A DNA stretch of 64,000 bases, from NCBI GenBank assembly GCA_030390025.1, contig CM059433.1, positions 4,278,001 to 4,342,000 on the forward strand, written 5' to 3'. How positions within the stretch are numbered: position 1 is the stretch's first letter; every line of letters begins with the position of its first letter. The stretch comes from Squalus acanthias (Eukaryota). The notes under the pieces were generated by a model. The model did no database searches. It was not told the DNA's origin and saw only the letters and a list, made by a program, of their open reading frames with translations. Below, piece after piece: positions 48,840 through 62,039 of this stretch. Made by a program: the position numbers and the translations under genes.

Positions 48840-50851
48840 ATAAGGGAGAATACAAAGAGATTAGGAGAGAAGTCAAAAAAAGTTAGGAAGTCAAAGAGGA
48901 ACTATGAAATTAAATTATCAAGGAACATAAAACAAAATAATAAAATATTTTACAGGCACATCAATAAAAGAAGGAAGATTGGGATGGCAATAGGACCATG
49001 AAGGGATGGATAGGACAATACCACACGTAACGATAGAGAGATGGCAGAAATATTAAATAATTATTTTGCTTCAGTATTTCAGGGGATATATTAAATAAGC
49101 TAATCAAACTCAAAGAGGATAAAACCCCTGGTCCGGATGGATTGCATCCACGCATTTTAAAAGAATCTAGGGAAGAGATAGCAGAGGTATTACTATACAT
49201 ATTTAATAACTCGTTAGAAAAAGGTGTAGTGCCAGAGGACTGGCGGATAGCTAACGTAATACCTATATTTAAGAAGGGAGATAGAACATGTCCAGGGAAT
49301 TATAGACCAGTCAGCTTAACATCGGTGGTAGGAAAAATAATGGAATCCCTACTAAAGGAGAAAATAGAAGAACATCTAGAAACCAAAAATAATATAATGA
49401 ATAATCAGCATGGATTTCAAAAGGGAAAGTCTTGCTTGACCACCTCATTGAATTTTTTGAAGAGGTAACAGAGAGAGTAGACAATGGTAATGCAATAGAT
49501 GTAATTTATCTAGATTTTCAAAAGGCCTTCGATAAGGTACCCCATAATAGACTGAGGAACAAGGTCTATTCTCTTCGAGAGTGCAGAGTCAGGGGACAAG
49601 TAGCAGAATGGATAGCTAATACAAAAGCAAAATACTGCGGATGCTGGAAATCTGAAATAAAAACAGAAAATGCTGGAAATACTCAGCAGGTCAGGCAGCA
49701 TCTGTGGAGAGAGAAACAGAGCTAACGTTTCAGGTCGAATGGATAGCTAGCTGGCTTCAAGACAGAAAGCAGAGAGTGGGAGTAAAGGGTAGCTATTCAC
49801 AGTGGCGGAAGGTGGGTAGTGGTCTTCCACAAGGATCAGTGCTGGGACCACTGTTGTTCACAATTTATATTAACGATTTAGACTTTGGAATCAAAAACAC
49901 AATTTCTAAATTTGCGACGACACCAAATTGGGGGGGATAGACAATGCTGAGGAGGACTGCAACAAATTCCAGGAGGACATTAATAAACTTGCAGAATGGG
50001 CATATAATTGGCAAATGAAGTTCAACACAGATAAATGTGAGGTATTACATTTTGGTAGGAAGAATAGGGAGGTCACTTATTACTTGCCTAAGAAGAAGGA
50101 GGGTGCAAGTTTAGGTGGGGTAGAGGAACAAAGGGATCTCAGAGTACAAATACACAAATCACTAAAAGTTGCGACACAGGTTAGCAAGGCCGTAAGAAAA
50201 GCAAACCAAGCACTAAGATTTATTTCTAGAGGTATAGAACTGAAAAGTAGGGAAGTTATGCTAAACCCGTATCGAACCTTGGTTAGACCACACTTCGAGT
50301 ACTGCGTACAGTTCTGGTTGCCATATTATAAAAAGGAGATAGAGGCACTAGAGAGGGTGCAGAGAAGATTTACAAGGATGATACCAGAAATGCGAGGGTA
50401 TACATATCAGGAAAGGATGAACAGGCTGGGTCTCTTTTCTCTTGAAAAAAGATGGCAGAGGGGTGACCTAATAGAGATCTTTAAAATTATGAAAGGTTTT
50501 GATAGAGTGGATACAGAGAGAATGATTCCACTTGTGGGGAAGAGCATAACTAGAGGCCATCAAGATAAGATAGTCACCAAGAAATCAAATAGGGATTTCA
50601 GAAGAAACTTCTTTACCCAGAGTGTGGTGAGAATGTGGAACTCGCTACCACAGTGAGTGGTTGATGTGAATAGTATGGATGCATTTAAGGGGAGGCTGGA
50701 CAAGCATATGAGGGAGAAGGGAATAGAGGGTTACGCTGATAGATTTAGATGAGGAAAGACGGGAGGAGGATCGAGTGGAGCATAAACGCCAGCATGGCCT
50801 GGTTGGGCCGAATGGCCTGTTTCTGTGCCGTATATCCTCTGTAATCCTATG
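48840..50851 (+). mobile_element. CR1 LINE RT region and 3'UTR, frameshifted
   Basis: ORFs 49142, 49432, 49704 and 49928 carry RT motifs. Tail ATCCTCTGTAATCCTATG. Confidence 0.93.
49619..49736 (-). mobile_element. 118-bp Penelope family A terminal fragment inserted in CR1
   Basis: TSD GAATGGATAGCTA at 49606-49618 and 49737-49749. Confidence 0.9.
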
Positions 50852-50956
50852 ATGAAGCAGAACTTAGTCCAGGATAGGGTACAGGCAGTGGCGTTTTAGA
50901 TGATTTGTAGTTTATGTATGAGGGCACTTGGGAGGCCAGAATGGCTTAATGATATA

Positions 50957-51717
50957 GGCCCAGAAATTCGCCTCTCCGGCTTGCCGCGGGGGTAAGGATC
51001 GCGCGCGAACTTACCTACCGCGTCTGCCGTTCTGCTTCTGGCCCACGGGGACTTCAGCTCCTGGGCCTGCTCCAAGTGCCGGCGCGCAGTGCTTGCGTGT
51101 CCCAGGGGCGCAGTTAGTGCAATGCGTTCCCTGGGATCACGTGGGCCATGGAGAGCCAATGGCAGCAGACCATCTTTCATTCATAGATTTGACAGGAAGA
51201 CCTGTCAAATCTGTGAATTGAAATCGGCCCCAAAAGAACAGCTAAACTTCAAATAAATTTAAAAAAAAACCATCACATTTATAAAATAACGAAGTTAAAT
51301 AAATTAACGACTTTAAACAAAAATTTAAATTTTTGAAAAATTAAAATACTTTTTAACGGTGCTAAAAATAAACTTACCTTTCTTTAAAGTATCTAAAAAA
51401 GATAAACCTGTTGAAAATTTTTTAAATTATAATTAATTAACCACTTACCTTGTTGAAAACGGGTCCTGCGCCTCCTTTTTAAAAGCGCAGCTTCTTCAAT
51501 ACTTACCTCCCAGAGAAACCTGAAAAAAATCTAAGTTTGCTGCGTGCGCGCAGCCTCTCCCGCGCACACGGTTCACCTCTGAACCCCTCCCTTCACCAGA
51601 CCGGAAGTTCCAGTTTCCCACGCATGCGCCGTGCATGCAGGAAACCGGCACTTCAGGGAGGCCTTACGGGTGAGTACACAGTGCGTACTCACCCGAGAAG
51701 GGCCGAATTTTTGGCCC
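50957..51717. mobile_element. Harbinger MITE family H1
   Basis: Colinear with 11373-12117. TIRs GGCCCAGAAATTCG/CGAATTTTTGGCCC, flanks ATA/ATT. Confidence 0.85.
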
Positions 51718-52497
51718 ATTGATTTTTAGTGCATTTCATATTTTAATGCTTAAAATTGGTAAAACTGGTGTTTAATGTTCTGTTTGTAAAATATACTCAG
51801 TGCAAAGTACTGATAAAAGAGAAGTCATGTTTAAAATAGCATAAAAGAGACTACAATAATTATGTAGCTATCATAGACTGGCTGGACAATTTATAACAAA
51901 CACACAGAAGGCTAGACAATGTGAAGCCTAATTGTGACGATGGGCGAAAGGTGATTCTCCTCTGAATATTATCATAAAATCTACCGTCTGTTATTTTAAT
52001 GATGCAAATATTCATAGATGAAAGCGTGCAATGAATTCTCTGCTCTCTGCCTCCTTCCCTTCACTACTTTGCCGATAGATGCTGAAAATACTTGGGCTTA
52101 CAGCACTTTATCTTTGTTGGCGCTAACTAGTCAGCAGATGCCTGACAGAATTACAGCACTTTGAAGATAAGACATTTAAAACTGAGGAAACATTTCAGCA
52201 ATGACATTGAAAATTACTACGTCCCTACAGTAGCCATGTATGTCACTACATATAATCCAACAGGAGTTCTGATATCTGCTTTAAATGCAAAATAATTTAA
52301 TCCATCGATATTAATTGGGCAATGATTATTATACTGATTTCCCACATAATCCTAGATCCTAAGTGAGGATACCGTAATACTTACTGATGTCTCTCAGTCC
52401 TTCCTCATTCCTGTGTTTTAGGCTTTCAAACTGCTGGTTAGAAGATGCCTGGGAGCTAACATTTTATGTCGAGTCTTCAATCAGATCATGACTAGCC

Positions 52498-53264
52498 ACT
52501 GACTCCATCCCTCTCTCTAACATCTGTCTGAGGCTGAACCACACTGTTCACAACCTTGGTGTCATATTTGACCCTGAAATTAGCTTCCGACCACATCCGC
52601 AGCATAACAAAGACCGCCTACTTCCACCTCCGTAATATCGCCCGTCTCTGCCCCTGCCTCAGCTCATCTGCTGCTGAAACCCTCATCCATGCCTTTGTTA
52701 CCTCTCGACTTGACTATTCCAACGCACTCCTGGCTGGCCTCCCACATTCTACCCTACGTAAACTTGAGGTGATCCAAAACTCGGCTGCCCGTGTCCTAAC
52801 TCGCACCAAGTCCCGTTCGCCCATCACCCCTGTGCTCGCTGACCTACATTGGCTCCCGGTTAAGCAGCACCTCGATTTCAAAATTCTCATCCTTGTTTTC
52901 AAATCCCTCCATGGCCTCGCCCCTCCCTATCTCTGTAACCTCCTCCAGCCCCACAACCCTCCGAGATATCTGCGCTCCTCTAATTCAGCCCTCTTGAGCA
53001 TCCCTGATTATAATCGCTCAACCATTGGTGGCCGTGCCTTCTGTTGCCTGGGCCCTAAGCTCTGGAATTCCCTGCCTAAACCTCTCCGCCTCTCTACCTC
53101 TCTTTCCTCCTTTAAGACGCTCCCTATAACCTACCTCTTTGGTCACCTGCCCTAATTTCTCCTTATGTGGCTCGGTGTCAAATTTTTTGTCTTAAAATAC
53201 TCCTGTGCAGCGCCTTGGGACGTTTTACTACATTAAAGGCGCTATATAAATACAAGTTGTTGTT
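52498..53264 (+). mobile_element. L2 LINE 3' end
   Basis: ORF 52556-53155 (AETLIHAFVTSRLDYSNALL, ITPVLADLHWLPV). Tail GGCGCTATATAAATACAAG(TTG)n. Confidence 0.95.
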
Positions 53265-55549
53265 AAATTGGTTGGAATGTCTACAGCTTTCAATGTGACC
53301 TCACAATGTCACTGAAAAGGGGATTGTACAGATGTCAGCTCTCGGGTTGCTTCTAACCAGAAATTTAAAGCATAAAACTCGGGGACAAGGGACGATCAAG
53401 AGACAAGTGCAACAATAAGGATTCTGCACCAATTTTCCTTTAAACCAGATGTGTTTTTAAACAGCAGAAAGTACTGCATCAGTCCTGCAGCATTGCTTTT
53501 CCATCTCCGTTAAAACCTTTCTGGTTCGGGTACAAAATCCATGACCCAGTTACAGCGGTCGTTCTTATATGTGCAGTGAATTTTGAGATGTCAGACACTG
53601 GTCTTCAGTCAGTTATTATCTGTCAAGGGTGAACAGAGTTTATTAACCTTTGGAGGTTTTGAAGCCTCCAGACATAAAGCCAGTTGTGTTAGGAATATAA
53701 CATTGACCAGTGTCTGTGTTTTCAGATCGGATAATGCCTATAACTCTTGCATGAGAACACTTCCATATGCAAACACGTGATATACTCAAAATCTTCAAAA
53801 GGCAGCTGTCACCTCTATAGGGCACTGTTTCCTTCAGCACTGTAAAGATTCATGCTCAAGCTAGGTTTATTGAAAGGAACTCGCCTGGAGTTTTACTGTC
53901 ATTCTAAGTTTGTTTCATTTAAGTATTTTTTTTTAGTCTACGGGGTAACTGTACTCTCTCTGTATCCTGTTGGCTTCGAAGATCGAGTACAATGCTGGGT
54001 AAAGTGGTAGGCATATCACATATGTTGCCATAGAAATGGGTCAGACGAAATGCATGGTTGCATTTCCCTTGTTAGAATGCCTCGGAAATGGCTGCTTCAC
54101 AAAGAAGGAGCAGCAGCTCCCTCTCAGTACTATCCTGGTAGAATCTTATTACTAACTCTCTGAACCCAGAAAAATAGTTCTAATCAAATTCATGGTACTG
54201 AGTGTGTACTCGTCAGCATACTAGAAATACGCATTTTGTTTAAAGATTTGCAATCAAACTGTTGTGACTGTGAGTTATTCTGTGACTAACTATGTGTGAA
54301 AATACATTGCAGCCAAATTTTCCAAGGATAAGATACAGGGCCACAGAGTGGATGAAGAAATGTCTCCTCGCTGCCCTTTTACAAAGAGCGTACACGACCA
54401 CTGCACCGATCAGTACACCTCTGCTCCGTTTCCTTTTATTTGCACGGCAGTGGGGAAAGAGATCTTTTTGTTTTGTATTGAGCATTAGAATATTCTTAAC
54501 TTGCATCTCAAGTTTGGGTGGGGGGTCAAAGGATTAACCCTGCAACCCTAGATCTCCCGGTCATCTCTGGTTCTTTGCTCTCTATTACCTCCTTTAATTA
54601 ATCTTTTTTTGATCACAGTTCCTTGCATTTTACTTTTCTGCCTGAGTCACTTCCCTTTAGAACTTACGACAATAAAGTTACCTTTACTTAACAGTGTTGT
54701 TTTATTAGTTGTACAATTGATATTCGAGATCATGGCAGCGTTAAAAGTAGCCACCGTCTTGCTTCCTAGTGTGCCTGCTGAATTGAATGTTGGATTCTGG
54801 AAAGCCACTTTAGCATCAGTGGACAGTTTAGACAGGCATTTCTACCCAAGTCCTCAGCTTCAGGTGAATTTTTTTGTTGTCATTTTGCATTGGGATATGG
54901 GCTGCAAATTGGAGCGCAGGCTATTTTAAAAAAAAATGTTTGTATGAAAACGGACCTCAAAGAGGTACTTTCCACACCGCACACATCCATGTCTGCGCTA
55001 CCTGCTGCAGCAATTGGGGCACGCCAAGGTCATCAGTGCAGCAGAGTGTGAAGAAATGTCAGGCTACACAAAGGGAGCCTGAAAACATGTTGCACATGCA
55101 CAATTGTAAATGAGGAGGAACTGGAAGTAAAATTTTAAATGAAACTTGATTTGACTTCAAATGATCCAAAAACAAAGAACGACTCTGCTGCCTCCTCCCC
55201 TACTCCTTCTCGCCTTACAACAGCGACTCCATTCCAAAAGTACTTCATTGGCTGTAAAGCGCTTTGAGACGTCCGGTGGTCGTGAAAGGTGCTGTATAAA
55301 CTCAAGTCTGTCTTTCTTTTTCCCCTCTTTCTAACTCATCCCCCTCTTTTGACCCCTTTCCTTGCTCCAGATATTTCTATTGCTGTACTGCATTAGTTCA
55401 TGACTATTAGTCAGGTACAAGAATGTGTGGTAAGTTCTGCATTTGGAGTCACATGCTGAATATTACTATTTAATTTACTGTATTTCATGTTATTGTCATG
55501 TTTCCGCAGCGTCTAACTGTTCCATAGAGAGAGGTTCTGAAAAAGCATT

Positions 55550-56311
55550 GGCCCAGAAATTGGAGTTCGATGGTTGCCGCGGGGGTAAGGATCCCCCGCG
55601 ATATCGCACTCCGCGTCTACCTTTATGGTTTTGGCCCACACGAACTTCAGTTCCTGGGCCTCTCCCTGGTGCCAGCGCGCAGTGTGTGCGTGTCCCAGAG
55701 GCGCAGTTAGTGCGATGCGACCTCTGGGATCACAGTGGGCCAGTTAGAGCCAATGGCAGCACACCATCTTTCATTCATAGTTTTGACAGCAAGAGCTGTC
55801 AAAACTATGAATACAACATGCCCCCAAAAGAACAGCTAAACCTCAATTAAATTTTTTTTAAAAGCCATCACATTAATAAAATAACTATAGTTAAATAAAT
55901 TAACCACTTTAAACAAAAATTTAAATTTTTGAAAAAATTTAAATTCTTTTTAAAAGTTATAAAAATAAACTTACCTTTCTTTAAAGTCTCTAAAAAAGAT
56001 AAACCTGTTGAAAATTTTTTAAATAATACTTAATTAACTACTTACCTTGTAAAAAGGGGGTCCTACGCCTGCTTTCTTTGTGTAAAATCTTCAACACTTA
56101 CCTGCACGTTCAAACCTGAAAAAAAACTAGTGCACTGCGTGCGCACAACCTGTAGTGCGCACGCGGTTCACTTAGGAACCGCCCCCTTCACCATACACAA
56201 AGTGCCGGTTTCCCGCGCATGCGCAGTGCATGCAGGAAACCGGCACTTCGGGACCTAATACGCGAGAGTACACAGTGCGTAATCTCCCGTATTAGGTCTA
56301 ATTTTCGGGCC
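55550..56311. mobile_element. Harbinger MITE family H1 (diverged copy)
   Basis: TIRs GGCCCAGAAATT/AATTTTCGGGCC and TSD ATT/ATT. Confidence 0.87.
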
Positions 56312-56753
56312 ATTATCTTTGAGTTATATTTTAAAGCGCACTGTATTCATACAAGTTATAAAAAAAAAAGGCTGCAAGACAATAAGTAATCAGGATACGA
56401 GTGATCGCTCTTTGATGTTGTTGCTGCATAGGCTGTAAATAATAAGACAGTCCTGACACTCAGAAATCACACCTCACCCATTCTGTTGGAAAGTCTTTGA
56501 TCCCTTTTGGCTATGAAAAGAGGAAGTTAAATAAGAGACACAGACACCTTGGGGGTAATTTTGACTTCACTGGAGAGTAAAATTAGGCAGAGTGTAAAAC
56601 GGGCGGCTGACCCACACCCATCAGTTTCCCGCTGGGTGGGTTAGGTTAGCATTATCCCCAGTCAGTCAGGTTTTTGTAACAGAAAGTTGCAAGGCAGTCA
56701 GGCCCTGCCAAGAGGAAAAGGTCAGAAATGCTGGGGGAACATTCAAAGTCATA

Positions 56754-58533
56754 GGGGGGAATGTTTCAGGGGGTCAGCAGGCGCGTTCGGTGGCGGATCG
56801 GGTGGGAAAATGTTTTTTTTTGACCGGGTCGGGAGCCCGCTGTCAACCCGCCGCCACATGCCTTTCCCGGATGTCGGGTCTGTCAGCGCCAAACAGACCC
56901 GACAGGCAGCGGTGGGGGAGGCAATTCAGGTCATTATGACCTTGTTAACAACTCATTAAGAAGTATTTTGAGCTCACCTTTACATTTTACGAGGTCGCCC
57001 ACAAGGTCCACGCTGCTCGGGGATCAAGTCAGGTAAGGAGATCGGGAGTTGTATGACCATGGAATCATCTCATTACTTGACAACAGACAACTATAAAAGC
57101 TCCCATCTCACCTCTGTTCACTCTCCAAGGTTAGAAGCTGTTGCTTGCTGCATTTGAGTTTTATGCAGGTTGCAAGTGTTTGGAGCAAACTCTCTATCCC
57201 GTGTCACCTCATTGGAACAACCTCTCTCACCATTGACAGATCACTTCTGTCATCTCAAGCTCACCTGCCATCTCTTACGTCAGCATCGGTGCCCTTGAAA
57301 CTATCTCATCTTGGCCCTCAGAATCCCACCACTATCAGCCCCAACACCAGCAGCACCAGGCACACCAGCAGCACCAACAACACCACCAACCACAACACCA
57401 ACCTTCTCTGCAATCAACTGATGCTGCACAGGACACAGGGCATCAGCACCTGACCACATTGCTGCTCGGGACACCAGGGATGGCCTCACCATGGCCAAAT
57501 TTACTTCACTTGATGCTGTACACCCTGGCTGCCACATGATGCACCAGGTTGGCACCACCCCACATCAACACCATAAAGCATCCCTACAATGCCCAAGCCA
57601 TTCGTTTCACACTCATGACTATTGCGGGTAGTACCATTATGTCTCACCATTCACTGCAACTCACTAAGCCACTTCCAAAGGTGCACACACATCTGTCCAA
57701 GAACGCAAAGTGTTGAAAATAAAGATTTCAATGTTTGACAGCACATTAACAGAAACATCATGTGAACAATGGCTAAAACACACAAGTGCCTACCCTTGTG
57801 TGTTGTTAGTTGGTATGATAGCACTAGGATGAAGGTAAGGGTGAGGGGTGACTAGTGAGATGGGAAAGTGATAATGTAGAGAGAGAGGGATGGATGGAGG
57901 TGCAGGATAAGGTGGTGTGAGTAAGGATGTGCAGGAGTAGGGTAGGGAAGGCAGAGTGACGGGGATGTGATGAGTGGCAGAGCAAGATGAGGTTGAGTGT
58001 GACTTTGCAGTAACATTTCGTGATCTACTGAGATCATTGAAAGGTTTGCGCCACTGCAGCTTGGTCCTCCTGACGACATCCCTGCTTGTGCCCTCCTGTG
58101 CAATGTGCAACCAGGCTGCGTTGGTCTCCTGGGGAGGTCTCTTCTGTCCATGGGAAGGGAAGAGACCTCCCTGCGTGCTGTGACTCCCTCCATAAGCATA
58201 TGGAGGGAGTCATGGGAGAGCCTGGGTGCAGCCGTGTGCCTCTGTGCAGTGCTTGTCAGTGTTTGCAGCACCTCAATGCTGTAGAACACTAACAGCACAA
58301 CTGTCAAAATCAATTTGCGCATGGTCCCTTTAAGGAAACCGACTAATGACGCATCATCAAGTGACATCATCAGACCCGCTTCCTTCAATTGGCCGGCAAA
58401 CGCGCTAGGCGGGCTTAACAAGCCCAATCAGGGCGAAATCATTTTGGACAGCGGGCTGGAGCCAGCAGCGGGGTCGGGACCCGCCACCGACATCACCCGC
58501 CACGGACCCACCGAGATTGGTAAAATCCAGCCC
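56754..58533. mobile_element. Non-autonomous Harbinger family H2 with Myb/SANT relic
   Basis: Right TIR GTAAAATCCAGCCC; left TIR degenerate; flanks ATA/ATG. Homologous to 26507-29267. Confidence 0.8.
58010..58250 (-). pseudogene. Harbinger Myb/SANT-like protein relic
   Basis: AAPRLSHDSLHMLMEGVTARREV / HIAQEGTSRDVVRRTKLQWRKPFNDL, frameshifted. Confidence 0.8.
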
Positions 58534-58767
58534 ATGTTGTTCGAGCCACTGTTGTGGGGAACTGTGACACATTTATTGTTTTGTATTATTATACAAAATA
58601 AATTGTACTGATTGAACTCTGTGAATCCAATCAGAACAGCTGTTCTGGATGTTCACATTACTGTGAAGTTAAGCTATGTATTGATTCGTAGCTTGTCTCA
58701 TTTTACCCGCCAACCCTTTGTGCTCATTAAAATAAAGGTTATTGATGTAATTCTTTTAAAAAATATT

Positions 58768-59513
58768 GGCCCTGAAATTGTGATCTCCCTGACGACGCCA
58801 TCGTAATCCATTTGAAAGGCCCCGCGACTTTCGGGTTTCTGCATGTGCGAAATCCAGAACTTGCACTCTGTCAAGCTACGCCTTGACAGATCATCCAAAC
58901 CGCACGGAAACTCAGTATAGGTGGCGCAGAGTTGGGCTATTTTCCCAACAACTGCCCAGCAATTGCCCACAAAACTCTTACGGCTGGTAAAAGCAGGCGT
59001 AGGGGCCTGCTTTCATCAGCGTAAGGGTGTATATAAGCCTTAAATTAAACATTTAAAAATCAAAAATGATGCACATACACTTTAAATGAGTTTATGCAAA
59101 TATTGGCCCAGATTAAGATGTTTAAAATTATTTATCAAAACATTAAATTTTTATTGAGGTTGGTGCAATGAAGGGACTTAAGAATAAAATTGAAATTCAA
59201 TACATTTACACTTATTAGAATTGAGTAAATTGTATAATGATTTGGGGATTCCATTGCATATCATTAGGGGATTCCCTTCGTAAATGATTGCAATGGAATC
59301 CTCCTTTGTGATTGGAGGACCGGGTTCACGTGATCCCAGGGATCCTGCCGATCCACCTGCGCCCCTGGGATCCGTGGGCCTTTACGCTGACGTCCGCCTG
59401 GAGGTCCGAGACCGTAACCCTCCGCAGCCTGGGCGCCTGGAGGTTGGTTCGCAAAGGTTACGTAGGTCAGAAGCGTAGTCCGGAGGTACGCCTCCGACCG
59501 CGATCTCTAGCCC
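58768..59513. mobile_element. Harbinger-type MITE
   Basis: Ends GGCCCTGAAATTG/CGATCTCTAGCCC and TSD ATT/ATT. Shares blocks with 32233 and 43222. Confidence 0.8.
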
Positions 59514-59619
59514 ATTACGAGTTACTTTATTATAGATGGAAATCGCACAAAGTTAACACCGCAGTTAATTTTCCAACAACCACTTATTGATAAATGCTTA
59601 AAATAGAATTGTCAAAGTA

Positions 59620-59893
59620 CAGGAATCCCACCCCGACCCCGGTTTTGCCATACGCGGATTTCAAGTATACACGGTTTCCTCTCTGCGACAGCTTTTGCCA
59701 ACTGTGGCAGTGAATTTTGTGTATACGCGGTTTTAAATTTAGGATTAAGGTAAATAACATGATTTTATTGCTTTTATATTTTTTATTGTGTTATTTGAAC
59801 ATTTATACTGTATTTGCCAACCGCGGTTTTACTAACCACAGGGGTTTTCAGGGGTGTATAACCCCCCCCCCCCCGGTTGGGGAGGGATTACTG
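59620..59893. mobile_element. Tc1/mariner (Tigger/pogo-like) MITE
   Basis: TA|CAGGAATCCCACCCCGACC...GGTTGGGGAGGGATTACTG|TA. Confidence 0.82.
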
Positions 59894-60619
59894 TATAACC
59901 AAGGATAATAGTGGTGGATAAAAAGGGTTCTTTGTGTATGATCTTGATCTTTAAATATCTGTTAATCTGAGTGAGCTATAATGAAATTTTAATTATTCAT
60001 CATCATGCACAGCTATTGCAATGCAATAGTGTGATATTTGCTTTATTATGTTTTATACAGTGTTTTATTAAAAGATGGATTCAATTATATTGAAAGAGAG
60101 GGACATTTTTTTGTTTGCCGAACGGATCGGTGATACTGAATTTTTTTGTGGATTTGGGACAACAGTCAATTCAGGAAGTAATCACTCGAATTTGTCATCT
60201 GCGTGAGCTCCTAACCAAAATGATATTGCATAGCAATTATTATTTCATTTAAATGAACATTTTTATATTTAGTATCATCTTCTGAAGTGAAATTGTCAAG
60301 GGATAAACATTCATGTTTATTCTGGCTCAAACAGGGCCAATATTCGTGTGATTTACAGCAGTTGGATCATTGAACGACACGGGTGAAATTGGCTCCCCCC
60401 ACGATAGGCCAATGTTGGGTTGGATACTTGTTTACCACCACCACACTATCAGGAGGTAGGTTGTTCTCATTATACCATCAGCAGTGGGATTTATCTAGTT
60501 TGGACGGTAGTTAATTTATTGTCCAAATTTTTTTTTTAAAATTAACTTCTTACAGGTGATCTTTGAGGATGGGAGATGTATATATTGGTAACTTAATTCA
60601 CTGCAATAAACCCAGAGAG

Positions 60620-60840
60620 CGGTGAGAATGTGGAACTCGCTACCACAGGGAGTGGTTGAAGCGAATAGTATGGATGCATTTAAGGGGAGGCTAGATAAGC
60701 ATCTGAGGGAGAAGGGAATAGAGGGTTATGCTGATAGATTTAGATGAGGAAAGACGGGAGGAGGCTCGAGTGGAGCATAAACGCCGGCATGGACTGGTTG
60801 GGCCGAATGGCCTATTTCTGTGCCGTATATCCTATGTAAT
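60620..60840 (+). mobile_element. CR1 3' end (same subfamily as 50625-50850)
   Basis: Near-identical 3'UTR. Confidence 0.9.
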
Positions 60841-60939
60841 AATTTTGCTTGATTATCACAGGCGTGCAACAGATGGGTCTGTCAATCAACTTGATGGGTG
60901 CCTGTGATAGGCGTTTTCATAATTTTTTTTCCTTAAAAT

Positions 60940-61399
60940 GAAAGACTTGCATTTCTATAGTGCCTTTCACAACCACCGGACGTCTCAAAGCGCTTTACAG
61001 CCAATGAAGTATTTTTGAAGTGTGGTCACTGTTGTAATGTGGGAAACACGGCAGCCAATATGCACACAGCAAGCTCCCACAAACAGCAATGTGATAATGA
61101 CCAGATAATCTGTTTTTGTTAGTTGAGGGATAAATATTGGCCCCAGGACACCGGGGATAGCTCCCCTGCTCTTCTTCGAAATAGTGCCATGGGATCTTTT
61201 ACATCCATCTGAGAGAGCAGACGGGGCCTCGGTTTAACATCTCATCCGAAAGAAGGCACCTCTGACAGTGCAGCACTCCCTCAGCACTGCACAGGAGTGT
61301 CAGCCTGGATTTATGTGCTTGAGTCCCTGGAGTGGGACTTGAACCCACAACCTTCTGACTCAGAGGTGAGCGTGCTGCCCACTGAGCCACAGCTGACAC
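60940..61399 (-). mobile_element. Full-length Deu-domain SINE
   Basis: Reverse complement of 20566-21037. Confidence 0.92.
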
Positions 61400-62039
61400 T
61401 ACATGTTGCATTATACAACAGGGATTACAACAAAGACAGATCTATAGCTTATAATAATAAATGAAAGAAGCTATATAAAAAGGGTTCCCCAGGTGTCATC
61501 ATCATCATGGGTATTGCCACCATGGACTTTGGGGAAAAAAACATGGTAAAATCCAGAAAATACATACCACTCATTCAATAGAGCCCAATTTCAAAAGTAT
61601 GCAATTAATAGAACATTCTAAAACTAGGAGGGAAAATATAATGGACTGTAAAGTCTTTTTGCTTCTGTGAAATATCAATCATTTTAATAGGCTCGTTTTA
61701 TAATTTAAATTATTTTTTTTTAATTACACAGGGCTGTTTATAATCATTTTTTAAACTTCTGCTTATCACTTGCAAACTCCCAGATATCTGCAAAGAGGAT
61801 TCTTTCCCCAGAAAACATTGGGTAAGGATTAAAAATTTAACTTTGCTTTTCCATCTCAGTAAATCTTCTGTTTTGCAAGTGGATTTAAATAGGAAAATTA
61901 TTACAAGGCAACTCAACAGATTAAGCTGAAAATCATTGTCATGGAATCTTCATCGAACACATTATTAAGTTGCCTTCTACAAATAAGCATATTAATGTAA
62001 ACAGGTCGGTCCGATTATTTGTATGTTTAGATACCTACT

